A DNA stretch of 63,420 bases, the filler included, from Olpidium bornovanus S191 (lineage: Eukaryota > Fungi > Olpidiomycota): assembly GCA_017911155.1 (NCBI GenBank). It is 30 parts of 30 records of this genome, joined end to end, with 100 filler letters (N's around TTAATTAATTAA, not from the genome) between each part and the next. Parts side by side here need not be neighbours in the genome. Positions count along the whole stretch, not along the records: positions 1 to 2,498 come from JAEFCI010009790.1; positions 2,599 to 4,100 come from JAEFCI010012992.1; positions 4,201 to 6,586 come from JAEFCI010006766.1; positions 6,687 to 9,833 come from JAEFCI010001636.1; positions 9,934 to 12,526 come from JAEFCI010001748.1; 25 more parts are not named here. One strand, given 5' to 3'. Positions 1 through 10,159 of the stretch are shown one piece after another. The position numbers were made by a program, and so were the translations under genes. Positions within the stretch are counted from its first letter, which is position 1. The number at the start of each line of letters is the position of its first letter. The notes beneath the pieces are model-generated. The model was given only the letters and a program-made list of their open reading frames with translations. It did no database searches and was not told where the DNA came from.

Positions 1-41
1 CTTCTTTTTTGGTTTCAATTTCTTTCAATTCCTCCCGGCAA

Positions 42-1815
42 GATCGGCTTGCGCGACACGGCGAGCCTTCTCCGACAGGAGGCTCTCATGTCGACGATCG
101 ACCGGGCAGACGTCGTCGAGGCCACGGGTGCACTGGTGGACCGGCTGCAGGCACGTTTGGAACACGCGCCTTGTCCCCGGGGTTATCTCTTTTGTTCGCC
201 CGCTCTCCCGCCCGCCTGATTCCGCGGCTCGGAAAAAAAATATATTGAAAACAGCGCTGGCTTATCGCCGTCGCGGACCAGCACGAGGAAGGCGACAGCG
301 GGGAGAGTGCGGGCACCTTCCGCCCCGACCGCTGGGACCCGTCAGAGGTGCAAATCAGGGCTACGAAAAGCCAGGTGGGGATAAATGGGAGAGTTGGGGT
401 GAGGGGGTGTGGGGAAGGGGGTGAGTGGGGCGAGGCCGGGAGACGTCCCAACAACGCTCGGGACGTGTCCGTGTTTCCTCCTTTTTCCATGCGCCGGAAG
501 TGGAAGCTGAGCGGTTGCAGGCGGTCATTCGCAGGTACACAAACGGATCACGGTCTTCACGGAGTTGAAACACGCGGAGGTCGTAAGGAGCAACCGGGAG
601 GAGTTCGTGGAACGACGCGGCGAGGAGGGAGCCTCGCCCGGCGGCCTGGACGGTGGTGAGCAAAGCGGCCACGAAACGCGCGGGAAAAGTACCGTCGGAA
701 AGCGGTGGGAAGGGGCGATTAAAAACAACATTATTTTTTCTTTCGCTGGCCGGGTTTCAGAGACATCCGCTCGCACGCAAGCCGCGGTGGTTAACCGGAA
801 CGTGCAGATGAGGCTGGAGGTTGTCCATAACGAGGTAGGACCTCTGGAGAGATCGGTGGCCGCCTCGCACCGGCACGCCGGCGCCGCCTTCCGTGCCGAA
901 GCCGAGGACCACGTGGCACCGCGACCCGAGTCGGGCGACCTTCCGGCGTTGCCGGAAGGCGGGGTCGACCGCCGGTTGAAGAGTCTGGAAGAGCACGTGT
1001 CGGTACGTGTTGGTACGTGGCCTGAAAGTTCCGGGCGCTCGCCGGTTCTCCGGGACATTTAGGGGAACAGGAACGGAAAAGATGTTTATTCTTCTGCTTC
1101 CCCGCTGTCTCTTCAAGTCTCGCCGACGAATCCAACGATTTTTGACAGGATACGGGCTTTAGAGGACCACATTGTACGGCTCGAGCGCGAGCACCCGCCG
1201 TGGGCCGCTGTATACTTCGACCAACCGAACCGTGAGGTGGGAATAATAGAGTTTCGCTGCGGCGTTTCCGGTCCACTGACGAGAACTTTAACAATGAATG
1301 ACCGGATCTCGTGCAGTCGCCCGGCCCGCCGCCGAGAGTGTACTACTCCCGGACACTTGAGGGGGGGTTAGAGTGCGTTAGGACGCCGCCGGCGATCCCC
1401 AAGCCGAACTGTAAGGGATGCGGTACGACGTTCGCGTACGGACGTTCAGCCGAAGAAACGCTAATAGGCGTACTGACCGGGTTCTGGGATAATTGCATTC
1501 TCACCAGCGCCGGTCCCTCTAGGTGCCACGCTCCGGATGCCGCGCGGAAACCCATCGTCATCATTGACGAAGGCCGTGCAGGAGCAGGTCCGCCGCGCCC
1601 AGATGGGGGCGCTCGCGGCGGGGGCCGGGGCGAGTTCCCCGCCGGACTCGCCCGGGGACCCGTGCTTTTTCGGGAAAGGGCCGCCGTCACGCAGCGCTTC
1701 CGGCAGTCCTGTCGACTTGCCGGATGCCGGGCGAAAGGGTGACACCAGTGCGGGGAGCAAGAGATTTCAAGAACGGTCGAATCCTGCCGGTGACAACAAG
1801 AGGACGAGGCGATAA
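42..1815 (+). CDS. MBIP: MBIP (MAP3K12-binding inhibitory protein / ATAC-complex subunit) homolog, multi-exon, 5' partial
   Basis: Spliced peptides DPSEVQIRATKSQ|VHKRITVFTELKHAEVVRSNREEF, SARTQAAVVNRNVQMRLEVVHNEVGP, VDRRLKSLEEH and DRIRALEDHIVRLEREHPPWAAVYFDQPNR follow, in order, the MBIP blocks I recall (VQIKAGKAEIDRRISAF, CARTDAV..VVNTYGP, ERLQNIEAH, RIKKLEDKILELE). Confidence 0.75.
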
Positions 1816-1972
1816 ATGCAACCGGACCGGGGTTGGGGAAAGGAGGGTGGCGCTGCATACTAGTGGGCGGCTGTTACGGTCACATGAGGGAAACCGTGCG
1901 TTTGTCCACGATCTCGCCACCGACAGGGGTGCACCCCATGCATGCTCTGCGTCAGTCAGGGGCAACGGTGCG

Positions 1973-1974
1973 CG

Positions 1975-2005
<31 letters not shown>
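1973..2005. repeat. (GCAC)n microsatellite
   Basis: About 8 tandem GCAC units read directly. Confidence 0.9.
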
Positions 2006-2432
2006 TTGCGCGGGGGTAAATGCGGACGCAAGCGTCAGACGAACGGCGAGAAACGCCCATCCGCGGGCGGCCGTCCGTTCGTGCCTGTCGTACGGGGCCC
2101 AGCAGGAGGGAAAAGGAGGAGGAGGAGCTGTCGGTTTTCGACACGCGCGCCGCGGAGGACGCCGCGACCCTGAGAAAGTGCGCAACCGCTGGACTCCTCA
2201 CAGCGTCCCCCCCCTCCCCCCCCCCCCCCCCCCCCCTCCCCCAGTCCCGTCGGTTCCAAAGGCCGCGCGATACCATCACGCCCCCCCGCCTAGTGGTTAT
2301 AGTTAGCTTGCGACGAGGCCGTCAGGTAAAAGCGCCGGGCCGGCCGGGCGAGATAATATGTTTTTTGGTTAAAGGAAAAATAAAAATTTTCCGCGACCGC
2401 ATTGGCGGGCGGGGCAGTGGGCAGGGGCGGGC

Positions 2433-2463
<31 letters not shown>

Positions 2464-2498
2464 GTGCGTGGGGGGGGGGGGGGGGGGGGCGAAAGAAA

Positions 2499-2598
2499 NN
2501 NNNNNNNNNNNNNNNNNNNNNNNNNNNNNNNNNNNNNNNNNNTTAATTAATTAANNNNNNNNNNNNNNNNNNNNNNNNNNNNNNNNNNNNNNNNNNNN
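2499..2598. other. Artificial contig spacer (first of 29 identical 100-bp linkers)
   Basis: N44 + TTAATTAATTAA (stops in all six frames) + N44. The others start at 4101, 6587, 9834, 12527, 14545, 15671, 16999, 22052, 23556, 26265, 27380, 30237, 31745, 34508, 35673, 37323, 38720, 39952, 41845, 43623, 45799, 47752, 49617, 51545, 53563, 55867, 57784 and 59379. Confidence 0.99.
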
Positions 2599-2676
<78 letters not shown>

Positions 2677-2706
2677 AAGAAAGAAAGAAAGCAACCGGGG
2701 CGCGCC

Positions 2707-4100
2707 ATGGGACCGTTCTACCGCCTGGCGCTCGGCGCCGTCCTCGCGGCGACGCTGCTCGCGCCCCTGCCGGCCGCCGCGTCTCGCCGCCCGATCTCCT
2801 TTGCGCAGGGCCTCGGCCCCGCGGCCGAAGCCCCGCTGGTGTCGTCGACGAACGCGGAGGAGCTGGAGGACCGGTACATCGTGGTCCTCAAAGACGCGGG
2901 CACGGACGGCAATGCTCACCACGACTGGCAGGAGACCTTCGTGCCGGACTTCACCGAGCAGGGCAGGGAGGCGAGGGAGATGGTCCGCGCCAGCATCGAG
3001 TGGAACGGAATCGCCCGTTCGCACATCAATCACATCTACACGGGAAGCTTCCGCGGCTACGCCGGTCGTTTCGAGCCGGACGTCGTGGAAAGGATCAGGC
3101 GCAGCCATGAGGTGAGGCAAGGAAACCGTCGCTCCTCCAAGCACCGAAACGCGTCTTGAGCGAGCGGCCTTGAATCCGCATGCCTTCCGTCACACTTTCC
3201 ACTCGTCCAGGCGTATCTTACGCGTTTTTTCTTCTTCATTTTCGTTTCCATTTTTTTTATCCTTTCTTTCTTTTATTTTCTTCATTCTTTGTCTGTTCAT
3301 GGGCTAACCGCCGGCCGTTCAAAATGGTATCATCAGGTTGCTTATGTCGAACGTGATCAAGTTGTCCACGTCGATTACCTTCAACGCAATGCGCCCTGGG
3401 GCCTGTCGCGCATCTCCCACCGCGCCATCGGCTTTGGTACTTTCAACAAGTACCCATACGATGACCGCGCGGGCGGGAACGTGACCGTCTATGTCGTTGA
3501 CACCGTGAGCGAAAGCGCGAGAAAGATCTATAAACGCTTTTGACTCCGGACGCTAACCAGAAAGCTATATATACATCTTAAAGGGAATTAACATCGGCCA
3601 CGTTGACTTTGAGGGCCGTGCCAGGTGGGGTTCCACCATTCCCGTCGGCGACGATGACAGAGACGGAAACGGGCACGGTAAATTTTATACTCGACGACTG
3701 GGTCAAACGGGCGTGCCCGCGATTTCGTTTTAAAAAAAGAAACTGAAAGCGATTTCCCCACCAACGATGGGCAGGAACGCACTGCGCCGGCACCATTGCC
3801 GGAAAGCGGTACGGCGTAGCAAAGAAGGCGAGCGTCGTGGCCGTCAAGGTGCTGCGATCCAACGGATCCGGTACCATGAGCGATGTGATCAAAGGCGTTG
3901 AATACGTCGGTGAGAAGCACAGCGAAGAAGTCAGAATTGCGAAGTCTCGCGGCGAAAAACACCGCGGCAGCGTAGCAAACATGAGTTTAGGCGGCGGGCG
4001 GTCCCGGACGCTCGACCGAGTCATCAACGCGGTGCGTCTCGCGCTCGGCCACAAGCCAAAAAAAAGGAGAAACAAAAAACGGCGGCCAGGGCGTTAACGG
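2707..4100 (+). CDS. PRB1: Subtilisin-like S8 serine protease (proteinase B/cerevisin type) with signal peptide and I9 propeptide; 3' truncated
   Basis: Hydrophobic N-terminus, [14 protein letters not shown] propeptide, [11 protein letters not shown], catalytic Asp exon VTVYVVDT|[45 protein letters not shown] and [13 protein letters not shown] introns between exons. The Ser motif lies beyond the contig end. Confidence 0.93.
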
Positions 4101-4348
4101 NNNNNNNNNNNNNNNNNNNNNNNNNNNNNNNNNNNNNNNNNNNNTTAATTAATTAANNNNNNNNNNNNNNNNNNNNNNNNNNNNNNNNNNNNNNNNNNNN
4201 CATGGACGGGCCTTTTTTTCTCGTCGCCGATTATACGAAGATTGTGGCGGGCGATCTCTTGTACTTTGTTTAAGTTATCTAACTCGGGGGTCATGAGCAT
4301 GACACATATTTTTTAGTCACCGCTTAGCCCCGAGTGGAACCTCATCGC

Positions 4349-5666
4349 CTAGAATTGCTCGTCCCTTGGAATGGGGATCTGGAGATACAGTGAGTTGAAT
4401 GTTTTGATGTACTTTTTAAGGTCCCCATTGCACGTAGCCTGCGATATGTTTGCCAGATCCTTCATGGTCGTTTGCTGGTGTTCATGCGGGTGGTACTGTT
4501 GGTAAAGGGCGTCCCGCAGCTCTTCCCATTTTGCCCAATGACCATGTCTGCCACGCGGGTAGTCCTTAGAGTTGCTTTTCCAAAGGAAACTTGCTTGTCC
4601 GCTTAGCTTATTGGCAGCTAGCGCCAGGGCCTCCGTCGGGGTGAAGCGCCCGGCTTCCATGGCCCGTCTCCATTCTTTCTATGAAGTCGGTGATGGGGTC
4701 ACCGCCCCTCCTGGACCTGCAAATTGTGGGACAGAGGCCAGTAGTGCTCTAACGACAAGGTCCGAGGGTTTGGGATCGGCGCTCCCACGGTGCTTGACGC
4801 GCCCGGCATAAGGGCTGCGGTCGCGGTTGTCCGCGCCTGTGTTGTGGCACAGTCCACAGCCCTGACCGGCCCCCCAGGGCCGCCACGGAGGACGCCAAGG
4901 AGGGCGCGGCGGCGGGCGGCGGCGGGCGGCGGGGACTCGGAGGCAAACGGGCGGTCACGTGAACCGCGGCCCGACCAATAGAATAGCCCCCCCCTTCTGT
5001 AGCAACGCCACACGCGGTACCCCACCACCAACTGTCGAAAATAAAGGCCTTGTAGAGTTTCTAGTTTCCCGCCATATAAACCAGGCCTGGAGTAGATGGC
5101 GGCGCCACGCCCCGAATACAGACTCCCCTTCCTCTTCTTCTCCTTCGGCTTCCGGGAATCAACACCCCCCCCCCCCCCCCCCCCCCCCCCCCTTGGCAAA
5201 GGAGACTGCCCCTCGCGCACAACTGCGCGAACACGGACCCCCGCGTGGGAACCACAACCGCGCTGGAAAGGAACCGCGACCGCGCCCGCGACCGCGCGGG
5301 CGAGGAACAGGCTCTGCCATCGTCCTGTCCCGCCGCTCGATCGACGGGCATAAAAAGCGTTCCTTCCTCCGTTCCGCATCGAACTTTTACCGTACTCGTT
5401 AGCCCTCGTCACCTTACCTGTAGCGTCCCGCGCAGACCTGACGTGAAGAATACAAAACCGTTGAAACCTAGCCGCAGTACAGCGCCGCGCGTGTTTTCGT
5501 CATCTGGGTGCAGGTCCGAGCTGACCAACTCTTCAACCGTGTCTTGGAGGTCTTGGAGTCTGTCCTCCATGGCGGCTTTTTTCCCTTTGGAGGGAGGCCA
5601 CCATCTCGCGTAGGCCGGCCATTTCCTCGTCGGCGTTTTCACGCTCACGGTGCCGCCTCTCTTCAT
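4349..5666 (-). mobile_element. Degenerate LTR-retrotransposon gag, interrupted by a solo LTR
   Basis: LLASVPQFAG..FIERME..LAANKLSGQASFLW..WEELRDALYQQYHP..LANISQ..KKYIKTFNSLYLQIP. Homologous to the gag remnants at 35773-36727 and 62340-63420. Confidence 0.85.
4838..5481. mobile_element. Solo LTR (644 bp) with 5-bp TSD GCGCC
   Basis: TGT...ACA termini; GCGCC at 4833-4837 and 5482-5486. Removing it restores the gag frame (ENTRGA|DNRDRSPY). Shares CAACGCCACACGCGG and TCGACGGGCATAAA blocks with the solo LTR at 30880-31624. Confidence 0.85.
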
Positions 5667-8128
5667 TTGCTTGTTCTCGTCGTAGCTCTCGTCGTAGCAA
5701 AACGGAGTCCACTATTCTTCTTGACTTTTCTGACAGTCCCGTCATTCTGGACGCATTGGACAGTACGGACCCTCTCGAGGGGCTTCGTGCGCCAGTCTTG
5801 GTGGCGTCACGGGACGTTCCCCTTCCACGTTCAAGGGTGAAGAAGGAGGCTTTAGGCGTGATCTCTTGACCGGGGACGTGATCGCGACTGAGGGCGTGAT
5901 CTTTGACCGGGGCGTTATATTCGCCTCTCTGTCCTCCAGAGCTTTCCGGGACGCCCTTTTTCTCCCCCTTGCCGAAAGCCAGGATCCCCCGTGGGCCCTG
6001 GGATGGCGCGGCCCCGCGGGAGGGAGTGCGGATTCGTCGGAACTCCGGGCAGCGCGATATCCCGCCCACCCCACCCCCCCCTCCCTTTCTTCCGCCGTTT
6101 GCCTTCCGGCGAATTCACTCCCTGCGGCATACCGGTCCCGGATCATCGTTCGGCGGGAATTAAAAAAAATTCCCGCGTCTTTGGACGTTGCGTACGGTTT
6201 CTGGCGCGTTGATACAGGTGCGGCCAAGGTGCGGGTCGCGTTGCGGGTTTTAGACGGTGCGCGTCTAAGGAGGTTGCGTCTGACGACAATTCACGATGTG
6301 CAACCTGGTGTTACTGTCGTCGACGCGAAGATCGCAGGTTCAGCAGGGTGGACACGCGGGGCGAAAGCCGAGGGCGGGGGGTGTAATGCCGAAGCTGCCC
6401 GTGGTAAGTTTCCGCTCAAGGCTGAGATGCCCACCCGCCCACATGGTTGTTCGTTCGCAATGTATGCATGTATGTCTAGGTCTTCGTTTCACGACGGCAT
6501 TGTCCGCGTTTTCGTTTTTTAAAGTAATAAACTCTCCCCCTGGTCACGTTTCTCGGAACCCGTAAGGCCCGGGTGGTTTTGCCAGANNNNNNNNNNNNNN
6601 NNNNNNNNNNNNNNNNNNNNNNNNNNNNNNTTAATTAATTAANNNNNNNNNNNNNNNNNNNNNNNNNNNNNNNNNNNNNNNNNNNNAAAAAGGCTGCGCG
6701 GAGCGGAGCTCGTTTTCGCACGGAGCGGAGCTCGGAAGACTCGGAGGAGAAAAAAAAAGAGGAGGCTGCTAGGTGTTTGGTGACGCGGGCGCCGTTGGGC
6801 GCGCATGACCATTCGGGACATTGGTTTTTCCCCCGGCCTCAGGGTTTGTTTTGAAATTTTTATTTGCTACGGGAGGTGGCATTACGCAGGCCGCACCCAA
6901 AGGCAAGTTGACCGGTGGGAGAGGGGGGGGGGGGGTGCCGCGTAGCCGTGCCCTTTTTTTACGCTCTTGACGTCGGTGACTCGGGTCTGTTGATCCGGGG
7001 ATTGAGGGCGATGAGGGGAAGGACAGAGTGGACGCCTTCCCGCGGCCCAGAATTCAAATCCGCGACTCGCGCAAAATTTTTTGTTAACATGGGCGTAGAA
7101 TCCGTTCGCTGCGCAATGCGCGAGCGGAGGCTGCAAAAGCGGAAGATGTCTTATCGGCCCTGTCGCGCTCGCACTGCATTGGTTGAATTTAACAATGAAT
7201 GAGGTTAACCTGCAGCAGACCTTCACACCGACGCCTGCGATCGTCTCGAGGCACCTGTAATTCGCCCTCGCAATCTTTGATGACGTCCGCAGGCATCAAT
7301 ATGATTGGCATCTCATGACCGCGGGTGGATCATGGAGAATTATGCAACTATGGTCAACAACAGGCATCCACGCCTGACAATGCTTTGGCTTCGTCGACAA
7401 ACTGAACTTGCTCGTCTTTGCGCCATCAGAGGGCCTCACCGAGAAGGCGTACTACAATGGCTGGACATGACACCACCGATGCGGTAATATTCTCGGATCT
7501 GCCTCGGACGGAACCATCATTTCGGCATCTTAACAAGCCGGGTTCCTGGCACAGCTCTGGTGTGTCGGCGGACCTCCACCGTGTCCTGCTTGGTGAGCAG
7601 TGAACGCCAAGCGCCGATCGTGTTTATGCGGATACGGCGCTTCCTTACCTGACGCTGCGCCTGAAGCAATAGATTCTGACGCCAATCAAGACAAACAGCT
7701 GGCTTCCCGATGATCAGCTTGAACTCCTCGACTGCTGCTGTTGATTCAGGAAGCCGCGTACTGTTGCTGCTGTTGCTGTTGTGCCGTGCGTCCTTGTCTA
7801 AAGCCAGGAGGCTGCAGGGCGGCGGGCTGCGGAACCTGGGCAAATGGGATGACGTTCTCGGGCGGGCCTGCAACGATTCAGACATGCGCGATTGAGGGGC
7901 CCTCGTAGAGAGAGACGTCGACGTCTCGCAAGGGGCCCCGGGTGCACGCGCACGCGCACAAGCGGATCTGGGCCAAGTTTTGGTCGGCGCGGTGCGTCGT
8001 GGATTTTGGGATTCTGGGCCGTTGGGGAAGGCGTCCAGCGGAGGAGACAAAAAAAAAATATAATAAAAAAAAGAAAAAAAAAAAAAACAAAAAAACCCCA
8101 ACACAAACACACCTCCCGCCCACGCGCA

Positions 8129-9833
8129 ATGCTGCAGGTCCGCGACCCGGCGCTGCGGAGCAGGTGCCTGGCCGCCCTGCAGGTCCCAAAGGTGCCCCTG
8201 GACCTGTCGCGCGACCGCTTTCACCGGCCGGACCGGGACGAGCTGGACGGCATTCACGCCACCCTGCGGCGGGGCGTGGCGAACCACGCCCTGGGCGTGA
8301 GCGGCTTGCCGCCGCTCCCCGCCGCCCCGAAGCCCGACCCGCGCCTCGCCTTCTCCAGCCTGGTGCTGCGGAAGATCCTGGAGGAGAGCCACGGCCTGCC
8401 CGCCCGCGCCTTGTGCAACAACGCCGCCGCCGCCGCCGCCTCTGGGAGCGACAACCTCATCGCCACAGTCTGCGCGGCCCAGGCGGCCGTCTACGAAGGC
8501 GCCAACCAGGGCGAGCCGCTCGACATCCTCACGGCCTTGGATTTTCCGGAGGACGCTGCGGAAAAGGTAAAAATAACAGGGGAATATAAGCGCCGGTGGA
8601 GGAGCAGTGGTGGTCGGGACCGGTGTCTGCGCCACGGAGCTCTTCCTGCCCCCGATCACCCCCGCGTTCCAAAATAAATAAATAAAGAATCAGAGAAACT
8701 TCCCCTTATCGGTTGCCCACCGCGCGCCTGTGGCAACCAAAAACAAAACACTCAGCGGCCAACCGTCGGGTGCTGGATAGCCCGGGACGACGACAATTTG
8801 ATCGTCATCGGGTCCCCCGACGGGAACATTCGATTCGCCAGCTTCGCGCAGATGTCCGAGCTCGCCCCGCTGGAGGAGCATCAAGGTGCAATAAATTATG
8901 GCGCTGGTGGTGGGGGAATGGAGACGGTCTTGCCTTGTTGAAGGACCTGCCTTCGGAGCCCCGGGAAAGCCGTGTGTGTCGGCCGAGCCCTTCTTCACGC
9001 CAGATTTTTTTAATGTTGATGGCGTTCTCTTTTTTTGTCATTTCCCCTCCCCCCACCTTCCCGGTATCCGATGTTCCAGGTGCGATAACTGAGCTGGTCG
9101 TCCACCCCGAGAACGCGAATGTGTTGCTCTCCTGTTCGGAGGACAAAACCGCCCGGCTCTGGGTGTATAGGAATTTGCAATGGAGGTGCTTTGCAGTATG
9201 CCACGTAATTGCCTCCGCAGCGGTAAGAACAGCCGTTTAATTAATTTGAAGAAGAAAGCTGAAAAAAGAAGGCAATATCATAAAATTTGCGGGACCTGTC
9301 GGGCTTAAATTCGAACCTCGCCGCTTCTATGTCCCGGTTGCCAGGCCTTTACGCCTGATGGGACGTCATTCTACACGGGGGGCCTTCAAATGCACAAGTG
9401 GAAAATGCCGGAGATTGATGCGGAGCGCGCTCCCGTGGAGCTGGAAGGCTGTTTGATCAAGACGACGAACACCGGCGGCTCGTCGTTAATCGGTAAGCTC
9501 CACCACTGGCGAAAGGGGGTTATGTTCATACTGGAGCACGCCGGAACCTGAAATTCTTTCCTTGACCCAGACCAGATGGCGGTCACGTCCGATGGTCGCG
9601 TTGCCGTCAAATACAGTTCCGGGAAGATCCAGATGTTGGTGGGGCTAAAGGTCTGTCCGATTCCGTGTTCCTGGCTAATCCTGCGACGGAGATGTGTGGA
9701 TTGGGCTAACCTTGTCAGACGGGCACCCGGGATTTCTTCCGCGCTGCGCTTCTAGGTTTTGTGGACCCTTTGCCTCAATCGTCCGGGCAGATTTGCGCTT
9801 CACAGTGACGGGTACGGCGGGCCAGACGCCATG
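8129..9833 (+). CDS. EED/ESC- or LRWD1-like WD40 protein, multi-exon, 3' truncated
   Basis: ILEESHGLP.., NLIATVCAAQAAVYE..LDILT, GCW..DNLIVIGSPDGNIRF..LEEHQ|GAITELVVHPENANVLLSCSEDKTARLW parallels EED (LKEDHNQP, FATVGSNRVTLYE, GHGNAINELKFHP..LLLSVSKDHALRLW). Confidence 0.65.
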
Positions 9834-10159
9834 NNNNNNNNNNNNNNNNNNNNNNNNNNNNNNNNNNNNNNNNNNNNTTAATTAATTAANNNNNNNNNNN
9901 NNNNNNNNNNNNNNNNNNNNNNNNNNNNNNNNNCATGGAATGTTCCTCTTTTCAAGCCCGAGCCTGAATCGAAAAACCCGGTTTCTGGAATCACGGAAGA
10001 TGTCAGGGCGACTCTGGCATTCGCCTCCCTGACCCTTGGTGGTTTTCCTGTTGTTCAATATCAATTTTTTCTTTTTCTTCTTGCAATACGCTTATGGGCA
10101 ACGTGGGGGGGGGGCATCGCCGGTTCAAGGTAAAAAAAAAAAAATGACCATCGCCAGAA

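Noticed and set aside
2543-2554. TTAATTAATTAA recurring 29 times between N runs, superficially like a regular repeat array or PacI motif
   Set aside because: It is an artificial six-frame-stop linker used to join contigs. It also creates the false ORFs ending in XXX...LIN.
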